A DNA stretch of 64,000 nt from an uncultured Candidatus Saccharibacteria bacterium (GTDB lineage: Bacteria; Patescibacteriota; CALEFQ01). The notes below the pieces were generated by a model. That model did no database searches, was not told the origin of the DNA, and saw nothing but the letters and a program-made list of their open reading frames with translations. Shown one piece after another: positions 19,642-26,930 of the stretch; within the stretch, counting starts at the first letter, position 1; each line of letters starts with the position of its first letter. A program made the position numbers and the translations under genes. Location: the NCBI GenBank assembly GCA_965230955.1, contig OZ246404.1, forward strand, positions 225,184-289,183, given 5' to 3'.

Positions 19642-20319
19642 ATGGCTAGAAGCAAACGTTATCAGGAGGAAAGAAAATTAGTGGCTGAGAAGACTTACCA
19701 GCCCCAGGAAGCGATCGCGCTTCTGAAAACAATGTCGAAAGTCAAGTTTTCACCATCGGTGGAAGTGCATATTCGCCTAAATGTTGATCCTTCCCAGAGC
19801 ACTCAGTTGATCCGCGGCTCGGTCGTAATGCCGGCTGGTACGGGGAAAGAGAGACGGGTGGCGGTATTTTGTACGCCGGAAAAAGAAAAGGAAGCCAAAG
19901 CGGCCGGAGCTGATGTGGTCGGCGGAAAAGAATTGATCAAGGAAATTAAGCTTAAAAAAACCATTAATTTCGACGCCGCGGTGGCCGAACCGGCCATGAT
20001 GCGCGAGATCGGGCCGATTGCGCCGATTCTCGGACCAAAAGGGTTGATGCCTAATCCCAAGACGGAGACAGTGACGCCGGATGTGGCTAAAGCCGTCAAA
20101 GCGTTGAAGGGCGGCAAAGTGAATTTCCGTATGGATGACGGCGGAAACCTGCATCAATTGATCGGGAAATTATCTTTTAGCGAAGCTGATCTGGTAAAAA
20201 ACCTGGAAGCTTTTCTGGAAGCTCTCAATAAACTAAAACCGGCGAAAATCAAAGGATCGCTGATCAAAAAGGCGATCGTCAAAACTTCGATGAGTCCCGC
20301 CGTAAAAATCAAGGCTTAA
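19642..20319 (+). CDS. rplA: 50S ribosomal protein L1 (the ORF-track start at 19603 is probably a 13-codon over-extension)
   Basis: MARSKRYQEERKL...SVVMPAGTGKERRVAVF. RBS AAGGAAA lies before the ATG at 19642. Confidence 0.9.
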   Translation: MARSKRYQEERKLVAEKTYQPQEAIALLKTMSKVKFSPSVEVHIRLNVDPSQSTQLIRGSVVMPAGTGKERRVAVFCTPEKEKEAKAAGADVVGGKELIKEIKLKKTINFDAAVAEPAMMREIGPIAPILGPKGLMPNPKTETVTPDVAKAVKALKGGKVNFRMDDGGNLHQLIGKLSFSEADLVKNLEAFLEALNKLKPAKIKGSLIKKAIVKTSMSPAVKIKA

Positions 20320-20341
20320 CAGCTTTGATTTTGTTTTATTT

Positions 20342-20779
20342 ATGAAAAAAGTTCGCGCTCATATTTCCGGGATTATAACTAATCTCGCACCAGACCAAAA
20401 AAAACGCTACCTCGATTTTTACGACCAACTGGCCGCGGTTTGTCGTAAGCATGGCTGGCAGACTTTTGTGCCGCATCATTTTATCGATCCTCAGCAGTTT
20501 CCGGCCTCCTCCCCGACAGAGGTTTATGAGCGGGAAATCCGCGATCTGAAGGAGGCCGATGTGGTCATTGCTTATGTCGGACAGCCTTCACTGGGAGTGG
20601 GGATAGAGCTGGAAGTCGCGCGGGCGCAAAATGCCATTGTTATTTTATTGTTTGAGACCGGCGCTGTGGTTTCGCGTTTGGTGCGCGGCAATCCGGCGGT
20701 GATTCATGAAATTGTGTTTGCCGATTTTCCCGACGCCCTAAAAAAACTGAACGGTGTTTTGGAAAAAATAGAAATCTAA
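20342..20779 (+). CDS. nucleoside 2-deoxyribosyltransferase-like / DNPH1 (Rcl)-like 2'-deoxynucleoside 5'-phosphate N-hydrolase
   Basis: EADVVIAYVGQPSLGVGIELEVARA closely resembles the DNPH1 core ADVVVAEVTQPSLGVGYELGRA (from memory). Confidence 0.55.
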   Translation: MKKVRAHISGIITNLAPDQKKRYLDFYDQLAAVCRKHGWQTFVPHHFIDPQQFPASSPTEVYEREIRDLKEADVVIAYVGQPSLGVGIELEVARAQNAIVILLFETGAVVSRLVRGNPAVIHEIVFADFPDALKKLNGVLEKIEI

Positions 20780-20786
20780 AACAATT

Positions 20787-22274
20787 ATGGAAACATTGAT
20801 CGGGCTGGAAATTCACGCCCAGCTGAAAACTAAATCAAAAATGTTCTGCCGCTGCGCCAATGATTCACAGTCGGTGCCGCCCAATACGAATATTTGTCCG
20901 ATTTGCCTGGGACATCCCGGGACTCTGCCGGTCATTAATTCTGCCGCCGTGCGTTTTACGGTATTGACGGGTTTGGCCCTGCACGGCAGAATTCCTAATT
21001 TTTCCAAATTTGATCGAAAAAGTTATTTCTACCCAGATTTGCCTAAAGGATATCAAATTTCCCAATACGATCGCCCGATCGTCGAAGGCGGGGAGATGAC
21101 TTTTACTTTTGGGGAAGAGGCGCAGCGCGTCCGTTTGCGCCGGATACATCTGGAAGAAGATGCCGGTAAACTTATCCATGCCGTCGATAAAAAAAACAGC
21201 CTGGTTGATTATAACCGTTCCGGTACGCCTTTGATGGAAATTGTGACGGAGCCTGATTTGCGGGCGCCGGCTCAGGCTCGTGTTTTCCTGCAGGAAATTC
21301 AAAAATTACTCCGAACCTTGCGAATCGCCGACGCGGATATGGAGAAAGGCCAGTTGCGCTGCGATGCCAATATCAGCGTGCGCGACGGTGATCGGACCAC
21401 GGCGATCGTCGAAATCAAAAACATGAATTCGTTTCGTTCCGTTGAGCGCGCCTTGCTATTCGAGGAAAAACGCTTAGGTGAGCTGTTTTCCGCCCAAAAG
21501 GAAGCGGAGACAGTCAAAGAGACCCGCGGTTGGAATGATGTCACCGGAGTCACGACCTCCCAGCGTTCGAAAGAAGCCGCTCATGATTACCGATATTTTC
21601 CCGAGCCGGATTTGCCGCCTTTGCGCTTTGAAGAAGAATTTATTGCCTCGGTCAAGACCGGCTTGCCGGAGATGCCGCGCGAGCGTGAAAAACGCTTGAT
21701 TGACCAACTGGGAGTAAAATCGGCTGATGCCAAGATTCTGGCGGCCGATCCGTCACTGGCTGATTTTTTTGAAGCCACGGTTTCGGAATTGGGCGCTTGG
21801 ATGGAATCGCAAAAAGAGATCGCTCCCGCCAAAATGGACAGTTATAAAAATGAATTGGCCCAGCTTTGCTCCAATTGGATCCTGAGCGAGCTGATGAAAT
21901 ACCTGAAGCGTGACGGCGCGGCGATCAATCGGATCAAAATCACCCCGGAAAATATGGCTGAGTTTATCGATCTGGTACAGCGTCAGGAAGTGAACAGTTC
22001 CGCCGCTCAGCGGGTGCTGAAGGAAATGTATTCCACCGGGGAAGACCCTTCCGATATTGTTGATAAATTGGATCTCAAGCAAGTCAGCGATGGGGATGTA
22101 ATTTCCCAGTCGGTCGATCAGGTGATAAAAGACAATCCCGGTCCGGTCGGTGATTTCAAAGGGGGAAAAAATAACGCGTTACAGTACTTGGTCGGACAAG
22201 TCATGAAATTAACCAAAGGCAAGGTCAATCCGCAAAAAGTGCTGGAGGCTCTGCGGGCTAAATTAAAAACATGA
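20787..22274 (+). CDS. gatB: Asp-tRNA(Asn)/Glu-tRNA(Gln) amidotransferase subunit B
   Basis: METLIGLEIHAQL...CPICLGHPGTLPV. Confidence 0.95.
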   Translation: METLIGLEIHAQLKTKSKMFCRCANDSQSVPPNTNICPICLGHPGTLPVINSAAVRFTVLTGLALHGRIPNFSKFDRKSYFYPDLPKGYQISQYDRPIVEGGEMTFTFGEEAQRVRLRRIHLEEDAGKLIHAVDKKNSLVDYNRSGTPLMEIVTEPDLRAPAQARVFLQEIQKLLRTLRIADADMEKGQLRCDANISVRDGDRTTAIVEIKNMNSFRSVERALLFEEKRLGELFSAQKEAETVKETRGWNDVTGVTTSQRSKEAAHDYRYFPEPDLPPLRFEEEFIASVKTGLPEMPREREKRLIDQLGVKSADAKILAADPSLADFFEATVSELGAWMESQKEIAPAKMDSYKNELAQLCSNWILSELMKYLKRDGAAINRIKITPENMAEFIDLVQRQEVNSSAAQRVLKEMYSTGEDPSDIVDKLDLKQVSDGDVISQSVDQVIKDNPGPVGDFKGGKNNALQYLVGQVMKLTKGKVNPQKVLEALRAKLKT

Positions 22275-22714
22275 TTATCAAGCACGAGGAGATCAAGCTC
22301 CGAACGAAAAAGAAGTACGATTTTTTTGATCTGACCGCGGCTGTCGATAAATTTATAAAGAAATCAGAAATCATAAACGGGCTGGTCAATATTCAGTCCA
22401 AGCATACTTCGTCGGCGGTTTATGTTAATGAAAACGAACCTCTACTCATGAAAGATTTTCAGCAGAATTGGGAAAAGCTTTTTTCGCCTTCGGCCAAGTA
22501 TAGTCATGACGATTTCAAAATCCGGACAGTCAATATGTGCAAAGGTGAATGCCAGAACGGGCATTCACATTGCAACGCAGTATTATTGGATACCAGCGTC
22601 ACGCTGAATGTGGTTGGCGGAAAATTGGATTTTGGGACTTGGCAGAGAATTTTCTTTGTGGAGCTTGATCGGGCGCGGGCGCGACAGGTATCGGTGATGA
22701 TTATCGGCCAGTAA
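22271..22714 (+). CDS. YjbQ/UPF0047 family protein (secondary thiamine-phosphate synthase family)
   Basis: HTSSAVYVNENE...GHSHCNAVLLDTSVTLNVVGGKLDFGTWQRIFFVELD matches the UPF0047 signature. Confidence 0.7.
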   Translation: MIIKHEEIKLRTKKKYDFFDLTAAVDKFIKKSEIINGLVNIQSKHTSSAVYVNENEPLLMKDFQQNWEKLFSPSAKYSHDDFKIRTVNMCKGECQNGHSHCNAVLLDTSVTLNVVGGKLDFGTWQRIFFVELDRARARQVSVMIIGQ

Positions 22715-22735
22715 AATTATTAATCTGATAAATAT

Positions 22736-23224
22736 ATGCCAGAAAAATTTATACCCGAAGAACTTGCTGGCCGCGAATCTAGCTTGCGTCCTGCCTCTAA
22801 AGAGTATCTAGTATATTTGAGTGAGGCAATTTCTGCTCCGCTGGAGGATGAAGACTATGATCCCGCTCAAGAAAAAACAGTTTCCCAATGGTTATCCAAA
22901 GCGGAAAATTTGGCCCAATCTGATCCGGCAGTTTATCGAGACAAAGCTTTGATCGACAAAATGGTTGGTTTGCGCCAAGCGCTGGAGCAGGTGACTAGTC
23001 CGTCGGTAGAAAATAGGCGCCACTGGAATGAAAAAACACAGCAACGCTTGATGGCTGTGTCCGTTTTCCTGGAAAAGCAGTTGAAGTTTTTAGCCGATGC
23101 GGAAATAGCCTCACTGCAGGCTACCGGTTTGGAACGTGAGGTGGAACGTAACGCTATATCCGCCGATAAGTCTTCCGATGAAATAATTCATGACTTGCAA
23201 GTTTGGCTTAATTCCGGAAATTAA
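22736..23224 (+). CDS. hypothetical helical protein
   Basis: ORF has plausible coding character. No recognisable motif. Confidence 0.35.
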   Translation: MPEKFIPEELAGRESSLRPASKEYLVYLSEAISAPLEDEDYDPAQEKTVSQWLSKAENLAQSDPAVYRDKALIDKMVGLRQALEQVTSPSVENRRHWNEKTQQRLMAVSVFLEKQLKFLADAEIASLQATGLEREVERNAISADKSSDEIIHDLQVWLNSGN

Positions 23225-23261
23225 ACCCAATCAACATAAAATCCCCCGTCCTGGGGGGATT

Positions 23262-24173
23262 TTAGATGAAATTACTCACTAGTTCACTGGCAGCCGATTC
23301 AGCCCGATGAGGTTTCAGCCAGTGAATTTTTTTGTTGCGCTTAAACCAGGTCAGTTGGCGTTTGGCGTATTGGTGCGAGGCAAATTTCAATTTTTGAATG
23401 CCATCTGCTTCGCTTAATCGCCGGGCGATTATCTCGCTCAGATAGCGATACTCCAGACCAAGTTCATAGAGACGGGTGTAGGAAACCCCGCTGGTGATCA
23501 ACCGGGCGACCTCGAGCTTGAGTCCCTGATCGATCATGCGATCGATAGTGCGGTCGATGCGCTGGTAGAGCTCGGTGCGCGGCCATTCGATCGCCAACCA
23601 GAGCGAATCATAGTCGCTGGTGTGTTTTTTCCGCAAGGCGGAAAACGGTTTTCCGGTCGTGAGGCACACTTCCACGGCGCGTACCAGCCGGCGCTTGTTG
23701 TGACGATCAATGGTTTTGGCCAGGCTGGGATCAAGTTTTTTTAATCGGGTAAAAAGGTCGGCGAACGATTCGGTTTGTAATTTGTCTCGTAGTTTGATAT
23801 CGGTGGAAATCCCGGGAATAACCAATTCTCCGGCCACCGAATCGATGTATAATCCGGTTCCGCCTACCAAGAAGGGCAGATGTTTCCGGTTATGGATGGC
23901 GGCAATCGCTTCCTTGGCCAACTTTTGGTATTCGCCCACGGAGAATTCGTGTTCGGGTGGGCAAACGTTGATCAGGTGGTGGGGAACCAGCGCCAGTTCT
24001 TCGGCCGTCGGTTTGGAGGTGCCGATATCCAGTTGCTGATAGACTTGTCTTGAATCGGCGCCGATTATTTCGCCGTCGAAAGTTTGAGCCAGGTTTAAAG
24101 CCAGGGCGGATTTGCCGCTCGAGGTCGGGCCACAAACGACGATAATTTTTTGTTTAGACGACGGCATGGCCAT
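23262..24173 (-). CDS. miaA: tRNA dimethylallyltransferase
   Basis: P-loop VVCGPTSSGKS; ...GADSRQVYQQLDIGTSKPT. Confidence 0.9.
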   Translation of the reverse strand: MAMPSSKQKIIVVCGPTSSGKSALALNLAQTFDGEIIGADSRQVYQQLDIGTSKPTAEELALVPHHLINVCPPEHEFSVGEYQKLAKEAIAAIHNRKHLPFLVGGTGLYIDSVAGELVIPGISTDIKLRDKLQTESFADLFTRLKKLDPSLAKTIDRHNKRRLVRAVEVCLTTGKPFSALRKKHTSDYDSLWLAIEWPRTELYQRIDRTIDRMIDQGLKLEVARLITSGVSYTRLYELGLEYRYLSEIIARRLSEADGIQKLKFASHQYAKRQLTWFKRNKKIHWLKPHRAESAASELVSNFI

Positions 24174-25425
24174 ATAGTCCCCAGCTCGTTGCGGCGGTAA
24201 GGCGCACCGGTACGAGTTGATTTAAACAATTTTGGGCAGTGGTGAATTTTACCGTTTTGAGCAGTTCGTTCTTGCCGAAATTCAGATAAATTTTCCCTTG
24301 ACGCTGTACTTTTTCGACCAGGACGGTCATGATTTGGCCGATCAGCTTTTCATTGCGTGCCATGGCTGATTGCTTAATGATCGCATCCAGGATTTTAGCG
24401 CGCCGGGCTTTCTCTTTTGATGATACATCATCGGCAACTTTCGCGGAAGCTGTCCCGGGGCGCGGGGAATAACGCGCGATATAGGCCAGATCAAATTGGG
24501 CTTTCTTGAAAAGCGCGACTGATTTCCGGAAGTCTGCCTTGGTTTCGCCCGGGAAGCCGACAATCAGATCGGTAGTGATAGAGGCAGTGGGGAGAAGTCG
24601 GCGGATGTCGGTAATTATTTTCAGGTACTGGGCCACGGTATAATGACGATTCATCTTTTTCAGGATGCGATTGCTGCCGGCCTGGATCGGCAGGTGAAAA
24701 TAAGGGCAAAGTTTCGGATATTTTTTTATCAGGTTGATGATTTTTCGAGAAAAGTCTTTCGGATGCGAGGTGAGGAAAAAAACTCTGAAATTGCCAGGAC
24801 ATTGGGCGACTCGGGCTAGTAGTTTCGAAAAATCGGTTGCCCCGCAACGGTAACTGTTGACGTTTTGTCCCAAGAGTGTGATTTGGCGGTGGCCTTTTCC
24901 GGCCAGAGAATTTATTTCCGTTAAAATGTCTTTGACCGGACGCGATCGCTCCGGTCCGCGAACGTAGGGAACAATGCAATAAGAGCAAAAATTATTGCAC
25001 CCGGTCATGATCGGCACATAGGCTTCAACGGGAGACGTGTGGGCCGGAGAAACTGACAGATAATCTACAATTTTTGATGTCTGATTTTTTGTCTGCAGCA
25101 ATTTCGGTAAGCCGGAGATTTTTGAAATATCGCAAAAAATAGCTTCTGGCCCGTATTTCTTCCGGAAACTTTTTTGTTGGGCCAAGCATCCGGTAATCAC
25201 TATTTTTTGGCGGCGTTGTTCCGCGGACCGAATTTGGCCCACGGCCCGATCTTCGGCGCTCTGGCGGACGGAGCAGGTGTTCACGATTAAAATATCAGCC
25301 AGCTTTTCGTCGGCCGGTCGGTATTTTTTAGCGTTCATCACGGCCGCGATCCTTTCCGAATCGGATTTATTCATCTGACAGCCGAAAGTCCGGATGAAAT
25401 AGGTCGGCTTTGTTTGAGTCGGCAT
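24154..25425 (-). CDS. miaB: radical-SAM methylthiotransferase (MiaB-like); start trimmed to MPTQTKPTYFIRTFGCQMN
   Basis: MTTase N-terminal motif (FGCQMN...VNTCSV). Radical-SAM CNNFCSYC. TRAM C-terminus. Adjacent to miaA. Confidence 0.85.
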   Translation of the reverse strand: MPTQTKPTYFIRTFGCQMNKSDSERIAAVMNAKKYRPADEKLADILIVNTCSVRQSAEDRAVGQIRSAEQRRQKIVITGCLAQQKSFRKKYGPEAIFCDISKISGLPKLLQTKNQTSKIVDYLSVSPAHTSPVEAYVPIMTGCNNFCSYCIVPYVRGPERSRPVKDILTEINSLAGKGHRQITLLGQNVNSYRCGATDFSKLLARVAQCPGNFRVFFLTSHPKDFSRKIINLIKKYPKLCPYFHLPIQAGSNRILKKMNRHYTVAQYLKIITDIRRLLPTASITTDLIVGFPGETKADFRKSVALFKKAQFDLAYIARYSPRPGTASAKVADDVSSKEKARRAKILDAIIKQSAMARNEKLIGQIMTVLVEKVQRQGKIYLNFGKNELLKTVKFTTAQNCLNQLVPVRLTAATSWGLYGHAVV

Positions 25426-25502
25426 ACTGGTGGTAATACTGATTAAGATGGGCGGCGTTTCGACAGTAATCGTAATGTAGCAGGGCGGGAGCAGAAATTC
25501 AA

Positions 25503-25540
25503 GCATAAAAAAGGCCTCCACATAATTGGGGAGGCCGAGT
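25503..25540 (-). terminator. intrinsic terminator (copy 1 of a duplicated 38-nt element)
   Basis: Minus-strand RNA forms stem GGCCUCC/GGAGGCC with loop CCAAUUAUGU, then UUUUUUAUGC. Lies 30 nt downstream of the 25570..26226 gene. Confidence 0.6.
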
Positions 25541-25569
25541 ACATTGAGAAAAGGTGGATTTGCCCGAGG

Positions 25570-26226
25570 CTAGACTTTAGGAGGTTCCGTCTCGACTCCT
25601 TTGTGCAGGATGAGAGTAGCGTCATCGAACGCGAAAGCTCGAGTGTTAAGGCCTATGTGTGTGATAAGTTTTTGATTGATCCAGCTTGATAAAAACGAAC
25701 CGGAGAGTTTATTTGCTATGGACTGGAGAAATTTGAGGATAGCATCAACTCGTGCTCTCAACCATATTATCTGCGCCTTTTGTTCGGCGAGGATGTTTTT
25801 CAATTCCTCATTTTCTGCTTTCAGTTCCCTGTAGCTCGGTCCGGTTTGCGGAATTGCAAGGCTGTACGTTGGTAGGATAGTCCCGCCGATAATTTTTTCG
25901 TACATTGCCCGCAGGTCTTCGAGGGTTTTAGCCTCGATGCTGATTTCGAGACAACGGCCGTAATGATTGCGCAGCGAGAGATCGGCTCTGGTTGAGTTCT
26001 CGATGTAGATCCCGGGATAACGGGAATTCACCAATTTGTGATCAGTAGTGATCAACTCCCGTAAGGTGAAGAATTCCTCCATTCCTGCGAGTTCTGGCAC
26101 TGCAACCCAGGTTAATGAAGGGATTTCTACATAGTTATGACCCCCATTATTTTCTACCCTCATTCCGATTTTTGCCGCCGCGTCGCTTCCGTCTTTGCCC
26201 AAATACATTCTTACCGTGTAATTCAT
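25570..26226 (-). CDS. hypothetical protein (218 aa) with a central coiled-coil; no recognisable domain
   Basis: RBS AGGAGA. Bracketed by its own promoter-like element and terminator. Confidence 0.5.
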   Translation of the reverse strand: MNYTVRMYLGKDGSDAAAKIGMRVENNGGHNYVEIPSLTWVAVPELAGMEEFFTLRELITTDHKLVNSRYPGIYIENSTRADLSLRNHYGRCLEISIEAKTLEDLRAMYEKIIGGTILPTYSLAIPQTGPSYRELKAENEELKNILAEQKAQIIWLRARVDAILKFLQSIANKLSGSFLSSWINQKLITHIGLNTRAFAFDDATLILHKGVETEPPKV

Positions 26227-26340
26227 CCCATTTCTCCTTTCTATACCGCTTGGACTCCGCCAGGTCTTCTTTGGCCAGGTCGCTCCTAAGTCGGCTATGG
26301 GTGAGGATGTTGATTTCCTGGTATCTCCAGGGAATCAACC

Positions 26341-26380
26341 GAAAATATCATATTGGACGATATTTGTCAAGCATAAAAAA
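26341..26380 (-). promoter_or_regulatory. promoter-like element, copy a (cTTGACAaat ... TGATATTTT)
   Basis: On the minus strand: -35 TTGACA, 17-nt spacer, extended -10 TGaTATTTT. A near-duplicate lies at 26636..26673. Confidence 0.35.
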
Positions 26381-26415
26381 GGCCTCCACATAATTGAGGA
26401 GGCCGAGGGGACGAG
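26380..26415 (-). terminator. intrinsic terminator (copy 2; 37/38 identical to copy 1)
   Basis: aagcataaaaaaggcctccacataattgaggaggccgag, located 10 nt after the stop of the 55-aa gene. Confidence 0.55.
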
Positions 26416-26424
26416 GCATCGCGA

Positions 26425-26592
26425 TTACTTCATGATGAAGATAAAAATTACGATGGTCGCGATGAATAATCCAATGAGGATTCGGCGACAGTAGCGCTTC
26501 ATTGCCGGGGAAAACCAGCGATGCTCGCCGGTGGCTTGAGGATAGAACGAGCCATGTTCGCCTGGTTTTCGAAATGATCGATGCTTGGGCAT
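26425..26592 (-). CDS. small membrane protein (55 aa, C-terminal TM), not in the ORF track
   Basis: MPKHRSFRKPGEHGSFYPQATGEHRWFSPAMKRYCRRILIGLFIATIVIFIFIMK. RBS AAGGAGG lies 7 nt upstream. Confidence 0.4.
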   Translation of the reverse strand: MPKHRSFRKPGEHGSFYPQATGEHRWFSPAMKRYCRRILIGLFIATIVIFIFIMK

Positions 26593-26635
26593 ATGTCCTC
26601 CTTTCTGCTTTCCTCAGATATACTAGTGTATTTCC

Positions 26636-26673
26636 AGCAAGAATATCATTTTTTCGGCATTTGTCAAGAGGAT
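26636..26673 (-). promoter_or_regulatory. promoter-like element, copy b (cTTGACAaat ... TGATATTCT)
   Basis: Shares cttgacaaat and aatgatatt blocks with copy a at the same spacing. Confidence 0.3.
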
Positions 26674-26736
26674 GAAGTAAAATTTTCTCGGCCCATAAAA
26701 AACAGGCTCATCATAGGGGAGTGATGAGCCCGTAAA

Positions 26737-26868
26737 AATTACCAGAGCGATGACAGTTCAAAATCTGGAAAGTTCCAGACAATAATGGTGATCAAGATCA
26801 GGCCCAAAGCGATAATCATAGTTCGCCGAACTATTTCCTGATTACTGTGCCAATTACCAGGGAAATGC
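26737..26868 (-). CDS. small membrane protein (43 aa), not in the ORF track
   Basis: MRHFPGNWHSNQEIVRRTMIIALGLILITIIVWNFPDFELSSLW. RBS AAGGAGG upstream. Confidence 0.3.
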
Positions 26869-26930
26869 CTCATAAATGCCTCCTTTCTATCCCTGAGCTT
26901 AGGATGTGCCCTAATTGTTGTCCTGTCAAT

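Noticed and set aside
24154-25521. Long N-terminal extension of the miaB ORF (MEAFFMLEFLL...)
   Set aside because: The conserved MTTase N-terminus begins at the internal Met (MPTQTK...FGCQMN). The upstream 32 codons are hydrophobic junk overlapping the terminator region.
25443-25625. 60-aa minus-strand ORF
   Set aside because: Spans the terminator hairpin between the 218-aa gene and miaB. Intergenic.
26297-26494. 65-aa plus-strand ORF
   Set aside because: Competes with a minus-strand 55-aa ORF that has a perfect AAGGAGG RBS, a TM helix and a downstream terminator. The plus ORF has none of these.
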